Shown here: piece by piece, positions 8,360 to 17,053 of the stretch | How positions within the stretch are numbered: the first letter of the stretch is position 1 | Layout of the letters: the number at the start of each line of letters is the position of its first letter | Assembly (NCBI GenBank): GCA_034667685.1 | Contig: JAXDQU010000055.1 | Location: forward strand, 1-27,715 | Reading direction: 5' to 3' | Length of the DNA stretch: 27,715 nt | DNA from: Thermoplasmata archaeon | Lineage (GTDB): Archaea > Thermoplasmatota > SW-10-69-26 > JACQPN01 > JAJPHT01 | Translations under genes and position numbers: made by a program | Notes under the pieces: model-generated | Database searches by the model: none | Seen by the model: only the letters and a program-made list of their open reading frames with translations | Told to the model about the DNA's origin: nothing

Positions 8360-9823
8360 ATGCGGTCCGTCCCCATCGCCCTGCTCGTGGCCGCCGCGAT
8401 CGCCCTTTCGGGCACCGGCTACGCCGCCTACGTCATCGCCCACCCCCGCTCCGTGGATACCTCGTCCTCCCCCGAGGAGATGGACATGGACGGGATGGGC
8501 GACGACGAGCCCATGGGCGGCGCGTACGACTGGCACGGCGGCACCGGGACGATCCCGACGCTCGCGGACTCGCTGACCAAGCTGGAGCGGCGCGACAACA
8601 TCGTCATCCAGGGCGACAAGGCGTTCAACCCGGCCAACGGCGTGCGCGGCGGCCACGGCACGTTCGAGGACCCGTACGTCATTAGCGGATGGTCCGTGGA
8701 CACGGTGCTCATCAAGGACACCAGCAAGGCGTGGGTCTTCGAGGGCAACTACGTCAGCGGCATCTTCATCAGCGACTGGACGGGCCAGGGCGGCTACGTG
8801 CACCACGACCACCTGGAGAACATGCGCACGAACCGGAACGTGGCGCGCACGGGCGCCGCCTCCGCGACGGTCTTCGAGAACGACGAGATCATGCGGGTCG
8901 AGCAGCTGCGCCACTTCGACGGCGAGCTGCGAAACAACACCATCGGCCAGCCCGACCCGATCCTGCGTCTCGCGCAGCCCGACGTGATCCTCGACATCGC
9001 GGGGCTCAACGGCGCCGGCATCCACGACAACCAGGTGTTCGGCGGCGTCGACATGAAGATCCACGGCCACCACCACAGCGACGCGCCGGGCCTGCCCTCG
9101 CACAACCACGGCCAGGGGCACCTCAACGACACGGACCCCGGCGGCGTCAAGGAGGACCACCAGGTGCGCTACGTGGACTTCGAGTTCTACGGCAACCACC
9201 TCGTGGACGACAAGTTCGGCCTGCGCTACAACGACCTCAACCACGCGGGCGACGACCGCCAGGCCACGAGCGAGCAGAACCCCGCGCTCGACCTGCCGCA
9301 CGTCCACCACACGACGATCCGCATCCACGACAACCTCATCGAGGGCGCCACGCTGCGCGTCGCGACGGTCAACGCGCCCGACGACCACCACCTGCCCGGC
9401 GAGAGCGCGATGCTCGACGTCTACAACAACACCGTCGCGAAGCCCGCGGCGGGCGATGGCATCCAGATCCAGGACGTGCGCGACGCCACGGTCATGATCC
9501 ACGGCAACCACGTGCAGAAGGGCCTCGGCCAGACCTCCGCCCAGGCGGCGATCGGCCTGCTGCGCTTCAAGAACAGCACCGTCATCGTGCGCGACAACGA
9601 CCTGGGCGCCTACACCTACGGCGTGCAGGCCTCGCAGTTCGACAACCGCACCCACTGGAGCGTCGAGCAGAACGCCGCGCCTGGCGTGCTCACGCCCGTC
9701 TTCTGGGACTCCAGCGTGCAGAACCCGCCCGACGATGGCGAGGGGAACAACATGACGATGGAGCACGGGCACGGCCAGGACTTCGGATATCCGGACCTGC
9801 CGCCGCTTCCGGCCCTTCGCTGA
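8360..9823 (+). CDS. Secreted His/Met-rich right-handed beta-helix (NosD/CASH-like) protein
   Basis: Signal peptide; GHGTFEDPYVISGW motif; recurring I.DN/GN-type repeats (FEGN, FENDE, IHDN twice, FYGN, VYNN, IHGN, VRDN); His clusters. Confidence 0.75.
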   Translation: MRSVPIALLVAAAIALSGTGYAAYVIAHPRSVDTSSSPEEMDMDGMGDDEPMGGAYDWHGGTGTIPTLADSLTKLERRDNIVIQGDKAFNPANGVRGGHGTFEDPYVISGWSVDTVLIKDTSKAWVFEGNYVSGIFISDWTGQGGYVHHDHLENMRTNRNVARTGAASATVFENDEIMRVEQLRHFDGELRNNTIGQPDPILRLAQPDVILDIAGLNGAGIHDNQVFGGVDMKIHGHHHSDAPGLPSHNHGQGHLNDTDPGGVKEDHQVRYVDFEFYGNHLVDDKFGLRYNDLNHAGDDRQATSEQNPALDLPHVHHTTIRIHDNLIEGATLRVATVNAPDDHHLPGESAMLDVYNNTVAKPAAGDGIQIQDVRDATVMIHGNHVQKGLGQTSAQAAIGLLRFKNSTVIVRDNDLGAYTYGVQASQFDNRTHWSVEQNAAPGVLTPVFWDSSVQNPPDDGEGNNMTMEHGHGQDFGYPDLPPLPALR

Positions 9824-9827
9824 ACGA

Positions 9828-9897
9828 GGGCTCGGGGCTCTGGACTCAGGACTCTGGGCTCCGGAGCCCTGAGCCCCGAGTCCAGAGCCCCGAGCCC
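9828..9897. repeat. Family C hairpin: five 7-bp GGRCTCN units followed by their inverse
   Basis: gggctcg-gggctct-ggactca-ggactct-gggctcc | ggagccc-tgagccc-cgagtcc-agagccc-cgagccc; 35-bp arms, 3 mismatches, no loop. Confidence 0.92.
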
Positions 9898-10003
9898 AGG
9901 ACCGTTCGAGGTTCGCAACACCCCCTTTAAGGCCCGGCGCCCCGACCTCCGGCCGGAAGCCGCCACGTTCCTACCGTGGCGTCCGATACCGAGGCTGAAC
10001 CTC

Positions 10004-10936
10004 ATGCGAACCCCCCTCGCCATCCTCATCGCCAGCATCCTCGTCCTCTCCGCCGCGGGCCTCGCCATCGGCAAGGGGAACGACGGCCGCGACCACCCCG
10101 GCGCCGACGCGCGCGAAGACCACCACGCCGAGGCGATGGAGCGCGGCGGCAAGCTCCTCTTCCACGACGACAACGTCGCGGTCCTCTTCCACGAGAACAG
10201 GAACCACGCGGCGCCCGACTTCCGCGTGATGTTCAACGGCACGAACGACAGCGACGCCGGCTACCGCGTGAAGATCCTCTCCGTCTACGAGGCGAGCCGC
10301 AACGACACGTCGGGCGGCCACGGCCTGCCGCGCGACAACCTCGCGCGCATGGCGGACTGGAACGTGCAGAGCGTCCCGGGCAACGGCACGCTCACGCTGA
10401 CCATGACGCGCGCCGACGCGCAGGCCATCACGACGCTCGTGTGGCACCTGGACACCGCGAACAAGACCGTCAAGTTCGACCTCAACGTCGAGAACTGGCG
10501 CTGGGCCAACGCGAGCGACGTGCTGATCCTGGACATGCTCGTCCAGGGCCACGACCTCAAGAACGCCACCGGCGACAAGGTCAGCGTCGAGGACGCGGGC
10601 TACATCAGCTGGGCCAACACGGCGACCGCGACGTACGGCAACGCGACCGGCACGCTCCAGGTCCAGGCCTTCCAGGGCAAGGCCAAGGGCGGCGACGACG
10701 AGAAGGGCGCCGACGACGAGTCCGCGAAGGAGAAGAGCGAGGGCCAGAGCGGCAAGGGCGGCCACCTCTACCTCGTCTTCAACGGCACGGGCGGCTACTC
10801 CAAGCTCGCCTACGACCCCGAGCTGGGCGTGCAGTCGTCCAGCGCCTCCACGCAGACGGTGCCGTTCATGGCGCCGCTGCTGATCGTCGCGACCGTCGCG
10901 GGCCTCGCCCTGCTCGTCGCGCGCCGCAAGGCGTGA
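10004..10936 (+). CDS. Cell-surface glycoprotein with archaeosortase-type C-terminal tail
   Basis: Signal peptide; about 9 N-x-S/T sequons; C-terminus VPFMAP + TM helix + RRKA. Confidence 0.8.
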   Translation: MRTPLAILIASILVLSAAGLAIGKGNDGRDHPGADAREDHHAEAMERGGKLLFHDDNVAVLFHENRNHAAPDFRVMFNGTNDSDAGYRVKILSVYEASRNDTSGGHGLPRDNLARMADWNVQSVPGNGTLTLTMTRADAQAITTLVWHLDTANKTVKFDLNVENWRWANASDVLILDMLVQGHDLKNATGDKVSVEDAGYISWANTATATYGNATGTLQVQAFQGKAKGGDDEKGADDESAKEKSEGQSGKGGHLYLVFNGTGGYSKLAYDPELGVQSSSASTQTVPFMAPLLIVATVAGLALLVARRKA

Positions 10937-10948
10937 TCAGATCCGCGT

Positions 10949-11049
10949 CGCCTCCGGCGGGAGAAATCCCGAATCACGAATCTCCGAATCACGACGGAAA
11001 ACCCCGTGATTCGGAGATCCGTGATTCGGGTTTTCTCCCGCCGGAGGCG
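10949..11049. repeat. Family D hairpin (45-bp arms with GAATCAC-type subrepeats)
   Basis: 10949-10993 cgcctccggcgggagaaatcccgaatcacgaatctccgaatcacg pairs with 11005-11049 with 2 mismatches; 11-nt loop. Confidence 0.92.
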
Positions 11050-11089
11050 GCAGGCGCTCCTTCATCCATCCCCGGTTTGATCGCGCGTC

Positions 11090-11608
11090 GTGGGCCTTCC
11101 CGACGACCTCCGGCGCGCGCTTCGGCAGTTCCCCGATTTTCCCGCGCCCGGCGTCCTCTTCCAGGACGTGATGCCGATCCTGCGCGACCCCGTTTTGCTA
11201 TCGCGCGCCGTCGAGGCGATGGCGGAGCCGTGGCGCGGCCGGGTGGACGCGGTCGCGGGCGTGGAGTCGCGCGGCTTCATGCTCGGCGCGCCGGTGGCGC
11301 TCCGGCTCGGTCTTCCCTTCGTGCCCGTGCGCAAGGCGGGCAAGCTCCCCGGTGTGACGCTGCGCGAGGCGTACGACCTGGAGTACGCGAAGGCGACGTT
11401 GGAGGTGCAGGCCGACGCGTTCCGCCCCGGCGAGCGCGTGCTGGTCGTGGACGACGTGCTCGCGACGGGCGGCACGGCGCTCGCGGCGGCGCGGCTCGTG
11501 GAGAAGGCCGGCGCGCGCGTCGTGGGCTGGTCGTTCCTCCTGGAGATCGACGGGCTGCCGGGGCGCGCCAGGCTGGGCGAGCGGGCGCGGGCGCTCGTGA
11601 CAACCTAA
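11090..11608 (+). CDS. apt: Adenine phosphoribosyltransferase
   Basis: PDFPAPGVLFQD, GVESRGF, VRKAGKLP, YDLEY and the PRPP-binding motif VLVVDDVLATGGT. Confidence 0.95.
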   Translation: MGLPDDLRRALRQFPDFPAPGVLFQDVMPILRDPVLLSRAVEAMAEPWRGRVDAVAGVESRGFMLGAPVALRLGLPFVPVRKAGKLPGVTLREAYDLEYAKATLEVQADAFRPGERVLVVDDVLATGGTALAAARLVEKAGARVVGWSFLLEIDGLPGRARLGERARALVTT

Positions 11609-11779
11609 TCGAGGAGCGCGATGAGGTCGGGCTGCGCGCCGGGCTCGCGCGCGCCACGCCGAGGACGGGGGGCGGAACGCGCCGGCGGCGGACCGGGTTC
11701 TCGGCGACGAACTCGAGGCGTCGAGCAGGTCGACCGCGCGGCGGAAATCAGCGTCCTCGATCCGCTCGTGGGCGGGCAT
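11605..11779 (-). pseudogene. Probable deletion-eroded remnant of an ankyrin-repeat-like gene
   Basis: Three consecutive protein-like segments in three frames: MPAHERIEDADFRRAVDLLDA / LEFVAENPVRRRRVPPPVLGVARA / REPGAQPDLIALLD*. The family resemblance is from memory and unverified. Confidence 0.5.
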
Positions 11780-11885
11780 GAGGGACGGCCCGAAGCGCGC
11801 AGCGAGCGATCGGCGCCGCGGCGCATGATCGTTTCGCGCCCCCCACGCGCGGCTTTTTCCTTCGCCGATGGCTCTCGGGGAACGC

Positions 11886-12245
11886 ATGACGCAGCCGACC
11901 CTCAGCATGGTCACGCTCCACGTGAAGGACATCCAGCGCGCGATCTCGTTCTACCGCGACGTGCTCGGGCTTCCGGAGGGCGAGCACGTGCCCGCCGTGA
12001 AGTGGGCCGAGTTCAAGCTGGGCGGCGTGACGCTTGGGCTCCACGAGGACGAGCACGAGCAGGGGCACCGCGCGCCCGGCGGCACCAGCGGCTTCTACCT
12101 CACGGTCCCGGACGTGGATGCCTTTGTCGCGAAGGCGGAGCGCCACGGCGCGCGAGTCGCCGACAAGCCGCAGGACTTCCCGTACGGCCGAGTGGGCTCG
12201 CTGCTCGACCCCGACGGGAACGAGCTGATGTTCATCCAGGGCTAG
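11886..12245 (+). CDS. VOC / glyoxalase-like family protein
   Basis: LHVKDIQRAISFYRDVLGL, VPDVDAF, PYGR and DPDGNELM motifs. Confidence 0.9.
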   Translation: MTQPTLSMVTLHVKDIQRAISFYRDVLGLPEGEHVPAVKWAEFKLGGVTLGLHEDEHEQGHRAPGGTSGFYLTVPDVDAFVAKAERHGARVADKPQDFPYGRVGSLLDPDGNELMFIQG

Positions 12246-12316
12246 CGCTTGCTCGGCGCGGGGAAACGCCAAACGATCCGCAAGCATCCAAGGCCAAGCC
12301 CCGCCATGCCAGGCGC

Positions 12317-12949
12317 ATGCGAGCCCCGCTCCTTGCCGTATTCCTCGTGGTCCTAGCGCTGGCCGGCTGCCTCCAGCCCGCGAGCGCGCCCACGACCTCG
12401 ACGCCCGTCAGCTCGACGCCCGCCTCCTCGACGCCCCAGGGCATCGCGGTGGGCGAGCCCGACCCCAGCGGAGGCGGAGGCCCGCGCCCCACGGGCGGCA
12501 TGGCGGTGCGCCCCGCGGAGGGCAAGAACGAGTCGGCCGGCTTCACGCTGGCCGGGAACGAGTCGGTGTCGCTGATCGTGGCCGGCGGCGAGGTCACGTT
12601 CCGCTTCGCCGCGACGAACGGCGGCGAGAACGCGACCGCGCTCTTCGACCCGTGCGGCGCGGGCAACCCGACGATCGAGATCCTCGACCCGAACGGCACC
12701 GCGCTGACGCTCGACGAGCCCGGGATGCGCTGCATGATCGCGGTCTCGTGGCAGCCGATGGCCGCGGGCGCGCAGATCGAGCGCAACCTGACGTGGGACG
12801 GCCGGGCGTGGAACGGCCGCGAGCGCGCGGACGTGCCGCCCGGCCAGTACGTCGCGCACGCGACGTTCTACGCGCAGCGCGACGGCGCCGACGTGACGAT
12901 CACGCTCGACCTGCCCGTCGGCGTGACCGACAACCGGGGCGCGCTGTAG
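12317..12949 (+). CDS. Lipoprotein with Ig-like (BsuPI-like) domain
   Basis: Lipobox LAGC, S/T/P-rich linker, C-terminal TWDG...VPPGQY motif. Confidence 0.75.
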   Translation: MRAPLLAVFLVVLALAGCLQPASAPTTSTPVSSTPASSTPQGIAVGEPDPSGGGGPRPTGGMAVRPAEGKNESAGFTLAGNESVSLIVAGGEVTFRFAATNGGENATALFDPCGAGNPTIEILDPNGTALTLDEPGMRCMIAVSWQPMAAGAQIERNLTWDGRAWNGRERADVPPGQYVAHATFYAQRDGADVTITLDLPVGVTDNRGAL

Positions 12950-12950
12950 C

Positions 12951-13397
12951 TCAGCCCATCGAGCCGCGCATGGGCGCCTCTTCCTTCACCAGGAAGGGGA
13001 CCGCGAGGAGGACGATGCCCAGCACGAGGTGCAGGCCGTCGTCCATGCCGTTGATCGCGACGAGGTCCGCGATGGGGCGGACGAAGCCCGCGAGGAAGAC
13101 GACGATGTAGACGACGCCCAGGATGATGTTGAACATGCGCGCGTTCGCGCCGCCCGACATGTAGGCGCCGACGAGCAGGAAGGCGCCGCTGAGCACGTGC
13201 ACGATGCTGTGCAGGTAGTTGACCTCGAAGATGCCGAGGATCTGGCCGGGATGGTCGACGCCCGTGACGCTTTGGGTGCCGCTGGAATCCGTCTGCGTGA
13301 TGCCGGGGATGAAGCCGAGCACGCCGACGAGCACGAGGACCCAGCCGAGGATCATCGCGAGGAGCTTGTTGTAGTTCGTGGTCATGGTGTCTGCCAT
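12951..13397 (-). CDS. DUF4383-like membrane protein
   Basis: LVGVLGFIPG...LGIFEVNYLHSIVH..G and DDGLHL motifs; GGTGA RBS before ATG 13397. Confidence 0.8.
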   Translation of the reverse strand: MADTMTTNYNKLLAMILGWVLVLVGVLGFIPGITQTDSSGTQSVTGVDHPGQILGIFEVNYLHSIVHVLSGAFLLVGAYMSGGANARMFNIILGVVYIVVFLAGFVRPIADLVAINGMDDGLHLVLGIVLLAVPFLVKEEAPMRGSMG

Positions 13398-13550
13398 GGT
13401 GTTCACCAGTCTCTCCCCAGCGAAGGGGATCGCCTGGCCAAGCCCAAGGGGATGCATATAGCGAGCGGGCTTACGTCGAGAATGATTGCGGGCGTCGGCG
13501 CCCGCGGACGGAGCCACCTGATATCTTTTTTGGTCTTCCGCGCGGAACGA

Positions 13551-13575
13551 CCCCGAACGATCGGGAGGTTCGGGG
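13551..13575 (-). terminator. Short stem-loop directly after the fumC stop codon
   Basis: ccccgaac-N9-gttcgggg immediately downstream of the stop at 13577; no U-tract on this strand. Confidence 0.3.
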
Positions 13576-13576
13576 A

Positions 13577-14974
13577 TTACCCGCCGCCCGAACCTTCGCC
13601 GCCCGGCATCGTCTGCTTGCGCGGCTCCAGCGCCTCGTCGACCTGCTGCCGGGTGAGGCCGCTCTTCTCGTACGCGATCTCGCGCACCGTGCGGCCGGTC
13701 TTGTACGACTCCTTCGCGATCGCGGCGGCCTTCTCGTAGCCGATGTGCGGGTTGAGCGCGGTCGCCATCGAGATGCTCTTCTCGACGTAGCCCTCCGCGC
13801 GCTCGCGGTTGACCTGGAGGTCGTCGAGGAGCTTCGTCTTGAACACGCGCGAGACGTTCGCCAGGAGCCGGATCGACTCGAGCATGTTGCGCGTCATCAC
13901 GGGCAGCATCGTGTTGAGGTCCATCTGGCCCCATTGTTGGCCGATGAGGATCGCGTGGCCGTTGCCCTGCACCTGCGCGCCCACCTGGACGACGGACTCG
14001 CAGATGACCGGGTTCACCTTGCCGGGCATGATGCTGCTGCCGGGCTGGATCGCCGGGAGCACCAGCTCGCCCAGGCCGCCCTGCGGGCCCGAGCCCATGA
14101 GCCTGATATCATTGGCGACCTTCATCAGCGAGCCCGCGGTCGTCATCAACGCGCCGGCCGTGAACGCGTAGGCGTCCTGCGCGCCCTGCGCCTCGAAATG
14201 ATCCTTCGCTTCCGTGAACTGCGTGCCCGTGAGGGCGCTCAGCTCACGGGCGACGAGAGTGCCGAATTGCTCGGGCGCGTTGAGGCCGGTGCCGACGGCC
14301 GTGCCGCCGATCGCCAGCTCGCGCAGGCCGGGGAGCGTCGCCTCGACGCGCTGGATGGAAAGCTCGACCTGGCGCGCGTAGCCGCCGAACTCCTGGCCCA
14401 GGCGGATCGGCACCGCGTCCATGAGGTGCGTGCGGCCCATCTTGACCACCGCGTCGAACTCGCGCGCCTTCTTCGCCAGCGCGCCGTGCAGCTCGCGCAG
14501 GGCGGGCAGCAGCTCCTTCTCGATCTGCAGGACCGCGGCGACGTGCATCGTGCCGGGGATCACGTCGTTGCTGCTCTGACCCATGTTCACGTGGTCGTTC
14601 GGGTGGACCTTCGTGCCGAGGATCTGCGAGGCGCGCGTCGCGATGACCTCGTTCGCGTTCATGTTGGACGAGGTGCCGCTGCCCGTCTGGAACACGTCGA
14701 TGGGGAACTCGCGGTCCCACTTGCCCTCCGCCACCTCGCGCGCGGCCTTCTCGATCGCCTCCGCCATCTTGCCGTCGAGCTTGCCCCGCGCGTGGTTGAC
14801 GCGCGCCGTGGCGAGCTTCACGAGGCCCAGCGCATGCACGAACGCGGGCGGCATCGGCTGGCCCGAGACGGGGAAGTTCTCGACCGCGCGCTGCGTCTGC
14901 GCCGCATAGAGCGCGTCCTTGGGCACGCGCATCTCGCCCATCGTGTCCTTCTCGATGCGGAACTCCTGGGTCAT
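13577..14974 (-). CDS. fumC: Class II fumarate hydratase
   Basis: RIEKDTMGE, QTGSGTSSNMNANEVI, HPNDHVN, GRTHLMDA and the signature GSSIMPGKVNP. Confidence 0.95.
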   Translation of the reverse strand: MTQEFRIEKDTMGEMRVPKDALYAAQTQRAVENFPVSGQPMPPAFVHALGLVKLATARVNHARGKLDGKMAEAIEKAAREVAEGKWDREFPIDVFQTGSGTSSNMNANEVIATRASQILGTKVHPNDHVNMGQSSNDVIPGTMHVAAVLQIEKELLPALRELHGALAKKAREFDAVVKMGRTHLMDAVPIRLGQEFGGYARQVELSIQRVEATLPGLRELAIGGTAVGTGLNAPEQFGTLVARELSALTGTQFTEAKDHFEAQGAQDAYAFTAGALMTTAGSLMKVANDIRLMGSGPQGGLGELVLPAIQPGSSIMPGKVNPVICESVVQVGAQVQGNGHAILIGQQWGQMDLNTMLPVMTRNMLESIRLLANVSRVFKTKLLDDLQVNRERAEGYVEKSISMATALNPHIGYEKAAAIAKESYKTGRTVREIAYEKSGLTRQQVDEALEPRKQTMPGGEGSGGG

Positions 14975-14998
14975 CGGGCGGGCGATGCCGAGCCCGGT

Positions 14999-15006
14999 CT
15001 TTAAAG
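14999..15006 (-). promoter_or_regulatory. TATA-like box for leaderless fumC transcript
   Basis: CTTTAAAG in very GC-rich context, 25-32 nt upstream of the fumC ATG. Confidence 0.5.
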
Positions 15007-15056
15007 CCGATCTCTAGTCGGACGCCTTCAAGCGCGCGTGGCTCGTTGACCTGACC

Positions 15057-15455
15057 ATGGCTGCGAAGAAGGCCGTGAAGAAAGCGGCGAAGAAGCCCTC
15101 CGCGTCGGGCGACCCGGTGGCCACGTACTACGCGAAGCTTCCCGGATGGCAGCGCGAGCTGGCGGAGCGCATCGACGCCATCGTGCGGCGCGAGGTGCCC
15201 GGCGTCAAGGCGGAGATCAAGTGGAACGTGCCCAACTACGGCACCGACGCGAAGGGGTGGTTCTGCGCGTGCGCGGGCTTCTCGAAGCACGTCAAGGTGA
15301 ACTTCTTCCGGGGCGCCTCGCTCTCGCCGCCTCCGCCGGCCGGCACGGGCAAGGAGATGCGGTCCATCGACTACCGCGATGCCGCCGAGCTTGACGAGAA
15401 AAGGCTCGTCGCGTGGATCCGGCAGGCGGCGGCGATGCCCGGCATGGGCGCCTAG
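15057..15455 (+). CDS. DUF1801 / YdhG-like protein
   Basis: IKWNVPNYG, FSKHVKVNFFRGASL, WIRQAA motifs; Lys/Ala-rich N-terminus. Confidence 0.82.
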   Translation: MAAKKAVKKAAKKPSASGDPVATYYAKLPGWQRELAERIDAIVRREVPGVKAEIKWNVPNYGTDAKGWFCACAGFSKHVKVNFFRGASLSPPPPAGTGKEMRSIDYRDAAELDEKRLVAWIRQAAAMPGMGA

Positions 15456-16372
15456 CGCCGACGCGGCATCGCCAGCGCCACGCCGCCCAGCGCCACGAGC
15501 GCGCCCCACAGGGCGTTGAAGCCCGGTGACTCGCGCAGCGCCTGGTGGCCGTCGAACGTCGCCTCGACCTGGAGCGTGTAGGGGAGCCCCTGCGGCGCGA
15601 CGTAGGCATCGCCCGTGCCGGCGCCCGCGTAGAGCCGCGACGCGCCCTGCCAGCCCGCGCGCTGCATGTCGCGCAGCGAGAGCGACATCGTCTCCTGGTA
15701 CGCGCCGGGCGGCAGGTCGGGCGTTCCGCTTTGCTGCACGACGTCCGCGTCCTGCGTGCCGTGGCCTGCGCCCAGGCCGAGGTCGCCGAACGAGGTGGGC
15801 GTGTTGTTCCACGTCAGCGTGAAGTTGAGCGCGACGATGCGCGCAGCGTAGCCGTGGCGGGCCGCGTCGCCCGATCCGAACTGCAGCTCGTGCGGGTCCC
15901 ACGCGAAGCGCGACCACGAGTCCGCGCGGTGCGCGCTGACGGCCGCGGGGGCGAGCGTCTCGTGGAGGACGAGGGTCACGTGGTCGCGGTAGAGCGGCAC
16001 GATCACGTCGCCCGCGCCGCCCGAGGGTCCGACCGGCGCGTCGCGCTTCGCTTCCCACGTGTGGCCCGCGAGCGTCACGGCGAGGTCGACGCGCGCGCCC
16101 GGGTCGACGTGGGCGACGGCCACGCCGTCCGGCCCCGTGGCGACCTCGAAGCTGCTTTCGCTCTCGCCGCCCCAGAACGATCCTACGAGGCTCCGGACCT
16201 CCACGTTCGCACCCGCGAGCGGCGGCCCGCCGGGCTCGTCGGTGACGTGGATCCGCATGGTGTAGGTGCCCTGGCCTCCCGAGGTCGGAGCCTGGACCGA
16301 TCCGGCAGACACGACGCAGCCCGCCACGAGGGGGAGCAGCGCCAACGCAACGATGAGCTTGCCTCCGCGCAT
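15452..16372 (-). CDS. Lipoprotein with PGF-CTERM-like tail
   Basis: Lipobox LVAGC; beta-sandwich-like body (PLAGANVEV, TGPDG); C-terminal SPGF + TM + RRR. Confidence 0.78.
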   Translation of the reverse strand: MRGGKLIVALALLPLVAGCVVSAGSVQAPTSGGQGTYTMRIHVTDEPGGPPLAGANVEVRSLVGSFWGGESESSFEVATGPDGVAVAHVDPGARVDLAVTLAGHTWEAKRDAPVGPSGGAGDVIVPLYRDHVTLVLHETLAPAAVSAHRADSWSRFAWDPHELQFGSGDAARHGYAARIVALNFTLTWNNTPTSFGDLGLGAGHGTQDADVVQQSGTPDLPPGAYQETMSLSLRDMQRAGWQGASRLYAGAGTGDAYVAPQGLPYTLQVEATFDGHQALRESPGFNALWGALVALGGVALAMPRRR

Positions 16373-16396
16373 GCGGCGGCGAGCCGGGCGACCTCG

Positions 16397-17053
16397 CTAA
16401 TCTGCTTCGGGGAAGCTTCCGGACATGCCCGCGCGGTGCTGCGGGCCCATCACGAAACGGAACTCCGCGGCGCCCTGCACGTGCGAGAAGAACACGTCCT
16501 CGTCGAGCCGGATCGCGGTGCCGGCGGGCGCGATGCCAGGTGGCAGCGTCAGCTTCGCCACGAACTGCCCGACCTGCCCCGCGACGAGCTCGTGCGGGCC
16601 GTCCGCCGCGGCGTGGTAGGTCTTGTTCCCGATCGTGACGTAGACGTTCAGGAGCCCGAGCCCCGCCTCCGGAGGAAGGTCGCCGGCCGAGAGGCTCGCG
16701 CTGTTCGTCTCGGCGTAGAGCACGACGACGAGCGTGGCGGGCAGGGTCGCGTCGGCCGCGAGGACGCCGCGCCATGCGGGCGTCGCGTACGTGACCTGGC
16801 TGTTCACGGGCGTGGGCAGCGCGATGCTTGCTTCCGCCGCGGCGCGCGTGGGCTTCAGCGCGAGGTCCGGCTGGAGGTAGAGCCGCAGCGGCGCAGGTGG
16901 GGCCGCGGGCGGCGCGTTGGCCGGAAGCGCCGCGGGCGCGATCTCGGCCGCGGGGCTCGGCGTCGTGGCGTGTGGCGCCGGAGCCGGGGACGCGCATCCC
17001 GCCAACGCGACGAGCAGCGCCGCGAGCGCGATCAGGTTACGCGAGCGAGACAT
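16397..17053 (-). CDS. Lipoprotein, unknown function
   Basis: Lipobox LAGC, P/A-rich linker, beta-rich domain; overlaps the upstream gene. Confidence 0.75.
   Translation of the reverse strand: MSRSRNLIALAALLVALAGCASPAPAPHATTPSPAAEIAPAALPANAPPAAPPAPLRLYLQPDLALKPTRAAAEASIALPTPVNSQVTYATPAWRGVLAADATLPATLVVVLYAETNSASLSAGDLPPEAGLGLLNVYVTIGNKTYHAAADGPHELVAGQVGQFVAKLTLPPGIAPAGTAIRLDEDVFFSHVQGAAEFRFVMGPQHRAGMSGSFPEAD

Noticed and set aside
14244-16997. Long R/A/G/P-rich ORFs such as 14244-16997, 23094-25355, 9976-11781 and 1862-3628
   Set aside because: Shadow or alternative-frame ORFs caused by high GC, overlapping well-supported genes.
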